A stretch of 63,487 bases of DNA, the filler included, from Craspedostauros australis (lineage: Eukaryota), in assembly GCA_030167865.1 (NCBI GenBank). It is 13 parts of 13 records of this genome, joined end to end, with 100 filler letters (N's around TTAATTAATTAA, not from the genome) between each part and the next. Parts side by side here need not be neighbours in the genome. Positions count along the whole stretch, not along the records: positions 27,833 to 38,609 come from JALAGF010001273.1; positions 38,710 to 41,902 come from JALAGF010001277.1; positions 42,003 to 45,596 come from JALAGF010001279.1; 10 more parts are not named here. One strand, given 5' to 3'. A program made the translations under genes and the position numbers. Positions 32,791-45,596 of the stretch are shown piece by piece. Within the stretch, counting starts at the first letter, position 1. Each line of letters opens with the position of its first letter. The notes under the pieces are model-generated. The model was not told the origin of the DNA and did no database searches. It was given only the letters and a program-made list of their open reading frames with translations.

Positions 32791-35700
32791 ATGGAGGCAA
32801 GTTCCAACCTCCCGGGACGCGTGGTGCGGCTGCACTTCACCTGCAAGGCGGAGCTGCCCATGGGATCGCAGCTGCGCGTCACGGGATCGACGCTGTGGGC
32901 GCCCACCTCGCTCACGAGCTCCCAGGATCCCATGAACGCGCACGCCATTGCGCAGAAGCAGGCCTCGGAGTCCTTCCCCACGACCGCGGATGAGGCCATG
33001 GATGGTGTGGCTTCTCCTGCTGGAGCCTCTCCCACGGCTGTCACCACAGGTGCTGCTGCAGGTGTTGCTGCAGGTGTCACCGCAGGTGTCACGACAGGTG
33101 TTGCCAACAGCAACAACAACAATAATAACAACAACGCGCCACCAGCGCAATCCTCCTCGTGGGGCGATGACTCCTACGCCTACTCGCAGGCCCTGGGACT
33201 GGACTCCTCGCCCAACGCCACTGCCTCAGCGCTGTACACCAGCAGCATCGAGATGGTCACCACCCCGGAGACCTACCCCATCTGGAAGACCAAGACCCCG
33301 GTCATCCTCGTGCTGCACAAGAACTCCGCCAGGAACAAGATCCAGCACCACTACTTCCGCTACCTCGTGGTCACGCCCGGCGCCTCCCTGGACTCCATCG
33401 AGGACGACATGTCGGCCCTGCGTCGCCAGTCCCAAGCCTCCTTCCAGAGCTCCCTGCAGGGCTCCCTTCAGGAGGACGCGCACGCCGACTCCATGGACAA
33501 CGACCAGCTCGCCATGCTCACGGCTGCCTCCACCACCAACGAGTTCGGCACCTCCACGCCCGTCATGATGTGGGAGAACCCCTTCGAGGACACGCTGGCC
33601 CAGAATCCCACCCAGCCCAACGCCAACGCCTCCTCCTTCTCGCGCAAGAGCGCCTCGCGCCTCACCGACGGCCGCCAATCGGCCTCCTCCAGCATGGCCA
33701 GCCTCACCACCGCCACGGGCACCATCTGGGACGGCGAGGCTTCCAACCCCGCAACCATCATGCAGCACCTCGCCAACCTGCCCTACCGCACCCTCGACAT
33801 CCACACGGACGCTGCGCAATGCATGGTGCCAGATGACGACCGCTTGGATGCCTGGGACTGCCCTGATGATGACTCCTTTCGTCACTACAGGATCCGCTCC
33901 AGCATCAGCGACCAGCAGCAGCAAGTGCAGGCGCAATCGCAAGGGCAAACGCACACACAGCAGCAGGCACAGACACAGACACAGGGTGCAGCCTTAGCCA
34001 CACCCACCAAGCTCATGAAGCGAGTTTCGGATATCTCAGACGACTTCATGGAGGATGCGGCCGCGCATCTGGCGTCAGGCGGATCGACGACGCCGCCCGC
34101 CAAGGGCTCGTGGACGACGCCCCCACCACGTTCGGCTAACTCAATGCTGCCTCCCCTAAGACAGGACATCTTCTTCATCTGCTTTCATCTACCCGTCGTT
34201 GTGGTGCAGGACCCGACCACCAAGGAATGGTCCGCCGCGTGGAACGAATCGCTCCTGGCGAGGTCGGAGGGCAGCAAGATCGTCGACACCATGTCCACGC
34301 AATGGGTCGGGACCGTCACCAGCTACCCGCCCATGAAGACCGACGAGGACCGTGAGACGGTCAGCAAGATACTCGCGGACATGAACTGCACACCCATCTT
34401 CGTGCCGCCCGAGATCCGTCAGGATCATTACTACGGATTCTGCAAGCAGGTCCTCTGGCCGGCATTCCACAACATCGACCTCCTCGACCTCAGCACGTCC
34501 GGTCTCATCGTGCAGTTCGACGACGGATCGGCATCGTCCAATTGGGACCAATCCAGGCTGGACAACTGGTGGACGGCCTACCAGAAGGTCAACAGACAGT
34601 TCGCCACCGTCGTCGAATCCCTTGTCACCCCCGACAGCACGCTATGGATCCATGACTACCATCTCTCCCTCCTCCCAACCTACCTCAAGGACTCCTACCC
34701 GCGCAACTCCGCTCTCTGCCGCAAGGTATTCTTCCTCCACATCCCCTTCCCCACATCGCAGATCTTCCGCGAACTCGAGTGCGGTGAGGCCATCCTCGAG
34801 GGCATGCTGCATGCGGACGTCGTCGGCTTCCACGCTTTTGACCATGCCCGTCACTTCCTCAACGCGGCCAAGCGCATCCTTGGACTCAATTACGAATCCT
34901 TGATCGGGGGATTGATCGGCGTCCAGTACAAGGCGCGCACCGTCCTCGTCAGCATGTCCAACGTCAGCATCGAACCGCGTCAGTTGAATGGTACGTTCGT
35001 TATTCTCTATTGCTGCATTGCCACATTGCATTGAACTGTATTGGCTACACTGCATTGAACTGTTTTGTTGTTGCATTGCTTTGCTCCACCATCCCAATCA
35101 CTCACTCACCACATCCATGATCTCTCTATCTTTCTCTCACAAAACACAAACACGACTTGGACCATGATATTGACGAAAACAACGTCACAATGCTGGACTA
35201 CACCACCCAACATAATACTCCACTCTACTCTACTCTACTGCACTTACATCCACCGATACAGCTGCACTTTCTTTGCCAACGGTGGACGCTGGTTGCATGG
35301 ACCTGAAGAAGAAGCACGGAAAACGCAAGATCATCGGAGGCGTGGACATCGGCCAAAGACTGTCAGGGATTTCCCTCAAGCTGCTGGCATACGAGCGTCT
35401 CCTTCATGACTATCCCTCCTGGCAGAAGAAGGTGGTCATGGTGCAACGCGTCTTGGTGCCAGGCACTCGGTTGGCCGATGAACAATCCACAACCCGCGAA
35501 CTCAGAGGACTCGTGCAGCGCATCCAGACCAAGTTCGGACCATCCGTCATCGATTACAGCGAATGCATCGGCTCCTCCCTGCCAATGGACCTGCGCCTGG
35601 CACTCTGGAAGGCAACTGATGTCTTCATGTGCACCCCCATCCGAGAAGGGCTCAACCACTGGCCCATGGAGTACATCTACTCCAAGTCCAAGGATCATGC

Positions 35701-37147
35701 CGGCGTCGTCATCACGTCGGAATTCAGCTCCGTCTGCTCCATCCTCAATGGCGCTCTCCGCGTTAACCCCTTCGACATCCAGATGACAATCACCATCATC
35801 GATAAGGCCCTCATCATGGATCATCAGGAAAGAGAAGGACGGCGATACCGTGACATCGACTTCGTCTCCAACTCGCCCAGCGACAAGTGGGTGCACAACG
35901 TGCTGCGAGATTTGCGCGACGCCACCCGCAAACCAACGGGCGGTGCCGGCAGCGGCGCTGGCTCCAGCTGCGCCACACCGGCCGACGGCGGCAGCACGCC
36001 ATTCAGCTACACACCTCGCACCAACCGCGACAACAGCCAGCTGCAAGGAACGGCGGCATTCCTCGCCAAAGAGGCAGTGCAAGCCTTCGCTCACCTCAAC
36101 ATGCGCAAGCTCAAGCAAGCGTACGACAGGACCACCAAGCGAGTTCTCATCCTGGACTTCAACGGCACCATCGTGCTCAAGGAGCCACCGGGCAAGTACC
36201 TCAAGCGAGAGATTCTGGGAACGTCAGGCAACAAGCCACCGCCGCAGGTGCTGGATGCGCTGGGCAGGTTGTGCAACGACCCGCGCAACACGGTGTACGT
36301 CGTGTCCGGCGATTCCTCCGACAACGTCATCAATGCGCTCGGCCACATCCCAAATCTAGGCCTCGCCGTCAGCAACGGTGCCAAGTTCTCCGCACCCATG
36401 GTGGAAGGCGAGACGGAACGTCGGTGGCAGACGTTCGACCTGGGCGTCGATTGGGAAGCCGTCAAGGCGGTCGCGCATCCAGTCCTCTCCAAATACACCG
36501 CCCGATCCAACGGCTCCTTCGTCAAGCTCACCAAGTTCAGCATCGGCTGGTCGTACTACTCCTGCGATCCTGAGTGGGGGTCGTTGCAGGCATCACACTT
36601 GGTCCTGGAGCTGGAGTCGGAACTGAGGGCCTTCGATGTTCGATTCGTCACGTTGAAGGGCATCATAGAGGTCGTACCGCGACGTCTCAACAAGGGACTC
36701 ATCGTCAAGAAGGTACTGAGAGATATCTCCCAGCAAAGCCACGGCGAGGAAGGGCTGGATTTCATCATGTGCATGGGCGACGACATTTCCGACGAGAAGA
36801 TGTTCACCTCCGTCTTCTCCTTCATTGCCGAGATGGACGATGCTGACCATGTGGTGCCAGGACCTCCCGTCCTCAATGAAGATGGAACTCCGGAGGACAA
36901 GCCGTCCACTGCGATGGTGCCAGCGCACGGCGACGCGGCAGTCCATGGACAAGAGTCCAACAGCATGATCCGCGATCCATTGTACGCCTACACAGTCGCC
37001 GTCGGAAAGAAGCCAAGCCACGCGTCGATGTGGGTTAACGACGCCCAGGAGGTTGCGAACATCCTGGTTCTGCTGGGGACTGGCACGCTTCCTGCTGGAG
37101 GAGTGCCGGTGTGGCAGCACGAGAATGCCACCCATCTATTCACTTAA
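32791..37147 (+). CDS. TPS: Trehalose-6-phosphate synthase/phosphatase fusion (GT20 + HAD) with CBM20-like N-terminus; exons 32791-34990, 35262-37147
   Basis: Motifs YYGFCKQVLWPAFH, WIHDYHL, FFLHIPFPTSQIFR, GFHAFDHARHF, SEFS..GALRVNPFD, LILDFNGT, VVSGD, IEVVP..LNKG and MCMGDDISDEKMF. The intron at 34991-35261 keeps the frame. Confidence 0.92.
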
Positions 37148-38709
37148 CTGCCGAGGCCGATCGAAGACTCTCTAACATGATACAATACAATCGTACATGC
37201 GTATTGTATGGATGATACTCCAACAACAATACACTCACGAGGAGAGTACTAAAAACAAATGCCATCGTGTTAAGTCTGTGTCGGAAGGACAATGGATCAC
37301 CAACACTCACACCGCGCTGCAGAGTACTCCCTCGAAAGGCGACACCTGTTGACACTCCTGCTTGCAATGGTGTGTGTGACGATGACTCTGATCAGTCTCG
37401 ACTGCTTCTCTCCACGGAATCAGCGCAATGAAGTGAATGTCTCTGCTAGTCTGCCGCCAGTCGTGTGCCGCTTGCAGCCTGTGCCAAGACTGTATCGACC
37501 CAGGCTGCTCACGACGCTATCTTCCAGTTTCGGACGGGTGGCTCGCGCACATCGCGATGCCAAGTGAGGAACCGTAGCATCTATCCTCGTTGCTGAAGTA
37601 CCCCGGCACACGAATGCACGACTGGAAAGATAGGTTTCGTGAGAGGAAATTCATTAACCAGCCCTTTTGAAGTGCCGATTTGCATCAACCAGCCTGTTTT
37701 TGCAACACTTAGTGGCACAAAACGTCCAATTGTCCATGCGACATCCCATGGACACAGGGATTTCGCATCGACTGCCATGGTTAGTGCATAAATATAGACT
37801 ACCTGTACCACACAGGAAAACTTCAAGCCACATCATATTATACATGTTCATCATCATCTTCATATTGCCAGTATAGTCCACACGAATGTAAATCATCCAA
37901 TGAGGGAAATACGTGACTAGTTTAGTTGTAGATATGTACATCATCCATCTGTTTGCTCCAATTTCTTGCGTTGTGGATCGTATTCTGACGACATCTTCAT
38001 TGCAAAGGGCAAAAATAGTACAGTTTAACAAATTCAGCGCATTGAAGGCATTCCAATGGGTATACAAATAGCTTGTCAGTGACTGGATCCATCTAGAAGG
38101 TGTTGCGGATTGTACGCGGCCAAATCACGGGATACCGCACGGTGGCTGTGTGCAGTGTGCAGGGTGTTGACCAAACCTTCATATGAAAGATTCAACATTT
38201 ACCATTCCACCAATGTCATCATAGCAACGACGCTTCTATGGGTACGGGGGTGGCTTGCGAGGATCTGGGTCCTTCTGGAAGGAGTGCTGGCACCCAAATC
38301 TATGAATCTCGTGATACTGTGCGGTACGCATGGCGCTGTACTGTACTCCGCATATCTATGCATTNNNNNNNNNNNNNNNNNNNNNNNNNNNNNNNNNNNN
38401 NNNNNNNNNNNNNNNNNNNNNNNNNNNNNNNNNNNNNNNNNNNNNNNNNNNNNNNNNNNNNNNNNNNNNNTCTATGGATGCAGATATCACACAGTAGTGA
38501 TTGGTACGCATCGCACTGTACATTAATTTGGATGTTTGTACACAGGAACTGGCAATCGTATTCCAATCCAACGCTCCGACCACACCAATCATACGCCAAA
38601 GAGTATGAANNNNNNNNNNNNNNNNNNNNNNNNNNNNNNNNNNNNNNNNNNNNTTAATTAATTAANNNNNNNNNNNNNNNNNNNNNNNNNNNNNNNNNNN
38701 NNNNNNNNN

Positions 38710-40225
38710 TGTCCACGTCTGTGAATCCTCCAGAGTATAGTAGGAAGCCGATCTCTTTCACCTCTTCTGCGTCTTGGAGCTGGGCTTTGTACAATCCCTC
38801 ATGCTCGTTGTAGTAGTATGGGTTGAGCTCCGCGTTGCGGTCTGCCGTGATGTCGAAGGGATCATCTCTGGTGGTGATGCGGACTTTCGCGTACGTGATT
38901 CCTGTTGCCCCGGATGGCGCTCGCAATCCTTGAAAGAAGGTTCTGAGGTCCTCCATTCTCTCTGGAATTTGTCCTGAGTGGGCGATGTGGGGACCTGTGT
39001 TGGCCGACTCTCTCCATGGGAGGATCACCGCTGTAGGATCGATTCGTCGGACCTGCCGGAACCATCGCTTGATGCGCTCTCGCACTGCGGCTGTGGTGTC
39101 GTCTTCGGTTCTGTCGACGTTGAGTTTGATTGTGAATCTGGTGGTGTGCTCGTGTCGCGGTGGTGCTATCTTTGCCTGGGATGTGTTGGATTCCTCATCT
39201 GAGCTGACGGAGTTGTCGTCTGTGGACGGCTTGCGGTTGGCAGGGTTCCGAGGGCCACTTCTGTGTCTGGTCACGCCTGAGTCAGTTGACGAATCGTTGC
39301 TGCTTGTCGTCCCTGAAGATTGCGAGTTGTTCGTGCTGTTCTGGCTGACTCGTGGCATGTCGGTTGTCTGTTTCGGAGATTTGAATCTGGTGCGTTTGGA
39401 CGGCTGGCGGCTGGTGTACGACTCGCTGTCTGTGCTGATGGATCCCGTGGTTGTGTCGATTGGCATGGCTGCAAATGCTTGGCTTGTGGACATCCTGGCT
39501 GTGCTCGCTTCCGCGCCTTCCGTCTGGAGTGTGAGGCCTTCCATTGTGTCGATGTGGATGTCGTTGTCTGCGAGAGGTGCTGCTCCCAGATCGTAGTTGG
39601 AGCCCATGAGTCGATTCGCGGCCTTCCATACTTTGACTGCTCTTGCCGTTCGTACCGTGCCGTCGTCGTTGAGATGTACTTTGAATACCTCGTGGGGATC
39701 GGTGGATGCAACGTTGATGACGAATTGCAGGAGCCTCATTCTTGTGGGGTCTCTGTTGGGCAGCGTGATGGGCCCGAATGATGTGACCCTTCCGTCTGCG
39801 AGATCTCTGAAGAAGTGCTCCCACTGTTTGATGGTCGGGTTTTCGCGGTCGGCCGTCGCCTCATCCTTGTTATACCAGATTGCTCTGGCTCTCCATGCTG
39901 CTTTTGCTGATCTGTCGATGGATCCGTCTCCTGTTGCTCGTGCGAATGGCGTGATGTCGATGCCGGTCTTGTTGGCCGCGGTCTTGAACGTGCTGGATCT
40001 TGGCTTGTAGGTGATGGACACGTCGTCGGGGTCGTTCTCCTCGGTTCCTCCATCGTAAGGGATGGCTCTTTTTGCTTGTCGTCGGGCGCGATGATGGTTG
40101 CCTGTATCGTCCTCTCTTGGGTTCGCAGGTTTGTCAGGTTCCTTGGTGGGAGGTGGCAAGGTTGGGCCATCTTCTGCCTTCGTCTCTTCGCGGTTGCTCG
40201 TGTTGGGTTCGTCGTTCGAAGTCAT
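38710..40225 (-). mobile_element. ORF1 (gag-like) of a non-LTR retrotransposon, Ambal-like; 3' truncated
   Basis: Intronless ORF with disordered N-half, then RFTIKL...RIDPTAVILPW...FFQG...LQ....IGFLLYS...D as recalled from diatom LINE ORF1s. A-rich leader. Runs into the linker. Confidence 0.6.
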
Positions 40226-40949
40226 TTTGCTTTGCTGTTGTTTGTGTTGTGTTAGGGTATTAATTAGTTTTTATTTTTCTTTGGTTTGGTTTGTCGGAGT
40301 TCCGAAACTATATCAACTTCAGATGTCCAATCTTGTTTCAACATAATTGAAGGGTTGTAGGGTACCACACCTAGAATGTAGAGTGATCAAGTCTTCGTTG
40401 TTGGTGAGGTAGTTGTTGGTTATTGAGTTATTCATATGGTAGGATGTTGATGAGCTCCAAAGATTGAGATATTGGAACTGTGAGCATGAGGGAGAGTTTG
40501 CAAGTCTCAAGCACATTCTGGTGGAATTTTACGTGGAGACATCATGGCAAATGTGCGTGTTACTACATGAATTCAAACTTGCAAAAGTCAGGAAGCCAAA
40601 CACATGATATGCTGCGTTTAGGATGCAACTCCTCACGATGTCGCTAGTAGTACAGTCACACGATTGACCGTATACCTTTGAGAAGGTCTGTATCCATTCG
40701 AACATATTGGATCCAAGATCAGGGCCTGTCCTGATTGGGTGAAAGAACCTTCTCAGAATTTAGGGCGGGCAAGAAAGTTGATCCATGTCCTCCCAAGTCA
40801 GTGAATGGAGGGAACACGATTCATGCAACGCGAAATGCAACACACGCATGTCATGACATCATGTCACACCAAGATTCCCGTTCAACGGCAGAGAAACGGG
40901 GAATAGAATCTTTTCTGATTGGTCAACGGGTGTCACTATTGCTTGAAAT

Positions 40950-41122
40950 ATAGCGTTGAGCTCATACCACGCGATCGAACATGTAGCTCTTCAGGTCAGC
41001 CCAATGCTCCTACAAACTTGGGAGGACGCATGAACAGCGTGCGGTCGTTGGCCAGGTTTGATTTGGTTGCGCCATCCGGCTTGGGCTTCTTTGGCACAGC
41101 CGGCTTGCTTTCAGTGCTCATC
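40950..41122 (-). pseudogene. Degenerate Copia gag N-terminus
   Basis: MSTESKP...PKFVGA, then frameshifted DLKSYMFD (KFxG..LK..(I/M)FD gag motif), located downstream of an LTR end. Confidence 0.5.
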
Positions 41123-41379
41123 TTGACAATAGAGCAGAATGGAATTGTAGCTATGTTGAAACAACGACACTGCAGTCGGTCTTTACCCAGATATAATCCG
41201 AAGGACTGCTTCAGGATACAGTTTGGTGTGATGGTATGGTATGGTGTGTAAATCAGATAATTACAATTGAGTGTTATGGTTTGAATCCGTTGCTTGTTGG
41301 CTGTCGATGTGTCTGGTTGTGTTGTGTGGCTGTGCACTTGATCTATTTCCGTTCGTCTAGTTTTTCGTTTGTTGACATC

Positions 41380-41902
41380 TGTTGGCAAGTTCCGCTCATG
41401 GTAACCTACGATCGTGGAAGATGGTGTTGGTTGATAGTCGTTTGTTTGCTATTTCATTACTTGGCTACTCCGATCCTCTTGGTGTATGCCCGTTCTCTTG
41501 CCTGATGCTCTCGGTGTTTCAATCTGTTTTGTAGATTCGGTCTCCGACTATGAGTCGGTACGCGAGATGCTCTCTCGCTCCTCTCTGTATTCTCTCTTTC
41601 TCTCTCAACAGCGTGTGCTCGTGCTACACAATACTCTGTGTTCGATGCGTACTCCGCATTCGACACTCTGTTCATTCAGTACTGGCTCCTACTCCATGAG
41701 TACTTACCATTTGAAGTTCACCTTCTGTATCCATGATGCTGATGCCCTTCGGTCATNNNNNNNNNNNNNNNNNNTCTGACTTGGAGACAGATGTCGACGT
41801 GGTGACATGATGACATCCTGTTGACGTCAGTAGGCGTCCTTCTGCTCTCCAGATGTCACGTTCCATTGGTGATGCAGGAGTCTGTCAGATGATATCGTCA
41901 TC
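41380..41902 (-). mobile_element. LTR (5' LTR of the degenerate Copia copy)
   Basis: Ends in ...GAACTTGCCAACA. Positions 41559-41380 align ungapped with 56342-56521, and similarity stops exactly at the CA terminus. Confidence 0.75.
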
Positions 41903-42002
41903 NNNNNNNNNNNNNNNNNNNNNNNNNNNNNNNNNNNNNNNNNNNNTTAATTAATTAANNNNNNNNNNNNNNNNNNNNNNNNNNNNNNNNNNNNNNNNNN
42001 NN

Positions 42003-42594
42003 CTCGTCCTGTTCATCTTGGAGGAACTGGTGGGAGGAGCATGCGGGGCAGGTTGGTGTGAGGGTGTGCAGCAATGGCGAAACAGATCGATGGTGAGGTT
42101 AGTGCATGAACGACAAGCATTGAGATGGTGCCGGTTGAGATCAGGCATCGGGCATCGACATCGACAAAGTCAAGATCGATGTTGGTGATGATAACACCAA
42201 AGATAGCACCAATGAAAACGCTGGTGATGGATGTTGTACATAGTCGTGGATGAAGATGAATCATCGACAGGCCACCAACCCAAACCTCCAGCCGTGTGAG
42301 CATTCAGATCTCTCGCATTTGAGATCGCGAGTCAACAAGTTCTTGGACACAACTTACTCTGTATGTGGTCCAGGTGACCGTGACTGCTGTTGCGAGGAGA
42401 GCGCCGGTTACCATCAGCCTCCACAACCGAATGTTCAGTGTGTCATTTCTGGCGGCATTGCGCACAGCCTGAACCTCATCGCCCTCGTCGGACACAGAGC
42501 CCATACCTTGATGGCTCGGTGCCACGGTAATAGATTCGTCGAACATGAAGCCATGTCGATTGCAATCGGCAGGTTCATCGATACTCTCTGACAT
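42003..42594 (-). CDS. 5' part of a receptor-type guanylate/adenylate cyclase-PDE family gene; exons 42594-42358, 42026-42003
   Basis: DEVQAVRNAARNDTLNIRLWRLMVTGALLATAVTVTWTTYR|FLQDEQDE matches the typical first TM region of this diatom family. GTAAGT...CAG intron in frame. Confidence 0.6.
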
Positions 42595-45055
42595 CTTGAC
42601 CCCTCGCTTCTTCGACGTTGTCTCGGCCTCTTGATTGATGGTGTTGTTGTTGTTGTTGTCGTCGTCGTCGTTGAACTGGTGCGTGCTTTGTTTGCAATAC
42701 GCGCAGCTTGTTTTGTGTTGCTCTTGTTTGTGATGCTATTGGTTCGTTTGCTTGTCTTGCTTTGCTTTTCTCACTCTCTCTCTCTCTCTCTCTCTCTGCG
42801 TTTATGTTTGAATGTGCGTCTCTCTCTCTCTTCCTCTCTGTGCGTGTGTTTGTGTGCGTGTGTTTGTGTGCGTGTGTTTGTTGCTTCCTCTTTTCCAGTA
42901 TTCTGCATTTGTGAGCGGCCAGCAAAAGAGATGTCGCAAGTTGTGTCGCTTACGCTACCACCGCTCGAACCTTCCGAGTATGCGTAATTAGTTCCCCTTC
43001 ATTGCTGACAGCGCGGCTTTTTCGAAGCGCTTTGGCCAAACTCCCTCACATGTCCTCGCCAGGGCCTGATACGGGCATATGTTGACAAATGTTGACCCGT
43101 GGATTGATAGTTCTTTGGAGACTCGTCCCGCTTGATGTTTCGAGACTGTCCCTGCGTAGAAAACTGCTCCCCTCACCAAAGCAATCCACTTCCAAAGCGC
43201 TTCACTTCGTTTGCGATCTGCCCGAGTAGGTTCACATGCTTGTGGCGACATCCCCAGAGCATCAAGTTCTGAGCGATATCCAAACAGCTTCTTCTTTTCT
43301 TCCGACGAGCCTAACTTTCCCACATCCTTCAGTGGAGGCCAAAGAGTCGACCACTCTTGCGCACAGCTGAGACCTCATCAAATGCACCTATCGTACGTTC
43401 AGACAAGCGACAAGATGGGCAAGAGAGCACAGAATGAATCATCGCACTTCACTCACCAATCGATTTACCCACATCAAGATCCACGACCGAACCAAGTCGG
43501 AGCTTGTTTCGCTACACTCTGCTGAGGTGTAGGTAAGCGTTCTAAGACTCGGTCGTGGCAACTTCTGGTCAGGGTGCGTCCGAATGATTCTGGCTGGCTT
43601 GCTTGCTTGCTCAGGATGCAAAGCAGAAAAACTCTCAGGCACACAGATGACAGTCTCTATTGATTAGGTGTGAGTGGTGTGTTGCTGATGCGCTCCTTGT
43701 TGTCAACACCATGAATCCAGCGAAGACGCCTGTGTTGCTCCAGCCACAGGCGCTCTGCCTCAGTGGCATTGTGACTGTACTATAGTCACAGGACCTGTGA
43801 CCGGTTCTACCCACGCGACTCGTTCGCCTCCGAACTTCGCTCTCGACAGCCCGATCGACTTCGGTGTGTTGTGACCCCCCACGACTCTTTTTGGCGTTTG
43901 CGTCCACAGTGAAGTCAACGTCATTTTTGTGAACGGATGAAATGTTGCGGCCATCCAAGAACAATTCTCGCTGCAAACGCTTCTCCAATCGTGACGAGCG
44001 GCTTAAATTCGCCATTTCTGCGGCTTGGACAGAATCACGGACGGAGAAGGTCATTTGGGGACAAACGGCAAACGCATTTGGGGGAACTCTCAAAAAGTGA
44101 AACGTGGTTATTCAGTACACTGTTTCAATAGCTAGACTATTGTTCGAATCACACGATTAAAATAGAAGTCGTGACCAATCCAGTCCTGCAAAAGGAGTCA
44201 CATTTGTCGCAACGACAACTTGAGTGTTCGACGACATAAAAAGCCCATCTCCTCTTGTTGCCGGACAAAAGACGGTTTAACCATATCCAGGCTTCGACTT
44301 GCTCGACTGGAGAGACCCTGTTTCGCCCTTTCGCGCAGTCCTCCGACGTCAGCTGCCTGGATTTCGTGCTGTTACTGTCATCTTGGTCACCTCTCAATGA
44401 CAACGAGAAGAAGAGATAAGTTTATCAGACAGTGCTCAACATACCATAAGTCTCTGAGGAACCATCGGTCCGATCTTCACGGTCAAGGTGATGTATGCAC
44501 GATCGCTTCGCACGCTTGCGTACAGCAAGCAGTTGAAGTCGATAAATGCACGAGCCGATTGCTTTGCCAGGTGCTACTCTGACTTGTCATCTGCTTTGGT
44601 TCGTACACGATTCGAAACAGATGGGAATCTTCACATCCAGAGTTCAAAAGCACGAGCGACGAGGAGTCAGTTCGGAGCGGGGTGTTTGGAGCATGTCGCT
44701 GATGTGTTGCGATGTTGACAAAATGCCATGTTCACTGGAGGGAGGGGTGCGTGGGAGTGCATAACACAAGGAAGAGTGCCCAAGCTTTGTCTGAGGTACA
44801 AGCGCGTGGTTGCAGTATCATCAAAGGAGGTGATCGTGTTTTGGTTGCAATGCGATTACTCCATTTGAACCTGTATGTAGCGTATGTATGATTATTACCA
44901 CCCCTGTTATATTCGAACTCGCACTGTCAATGAATCGTTCGCGTGATACTCGACTTTGACTTCATTGTGTTCGCTCGTCACCCATCAGAGCGACACAACG
45001 CCCTCGATCGACTTCGCCACACCAGCTACCGTCTTCGATCATGTGGACTATACCA

Positions 45056-45596
45056 CTACTCACAGGGTGCAGATTCCGGTATCGATGCAGACATTGAATC
45101 TGACGCTGGGCTCGAAGTCGATGGAGGAGTTGCACCCGTTCTCATTGAATCGCGGGTGCCGACATCCTGGTCTCGACCATTGCTGTTGTTCTCCAAATCG
45201 AGCGCATCCACCATGTCTGCCAGCACCTCACGCCCTCTGGCCTCCCACTCCTTTCGGTTTGCTAGCGCATAGTTCAGGTACTCATCGCTCGACTTGCCAA
45301 ATACACCACACTCCTTCAGCTTCTTGGCCAACGGGATGATGTAAAAGTCAAAGAAACCGATTTCACCTTCATACCAATTCTCCATGGGATTGGTACCCGA
45401 TCGACCAGCTTGGTAGGCTGTGTAAAACTCCTTGAACAGCCTCTCGTTCCACTTGCGATACACATGCCAATGCTGCATGGTGTGCGCGACATCGGAGGCC
45501 TGGATCAAGTGTTCAATCACGATCGTGGCCTTGCGGTTGATCGCATCTCGAGGATCGTCCAGCTGGGTTGATGGATAGTCTGGTGATGACACCGAT
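45056..45596 (-). CDS. 3' end of a cyclase-phosphodiesterase fusion gene (class I PDE domain C-terminus)
   Basis: RKATIVIEHLIQASDVAHTMQHWHVYRKWNERLF...WYEGEIGFFDFYIIPLAKKLKECGVFG.SSDEYL..A..NR.EW. Confidence 0.85.
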
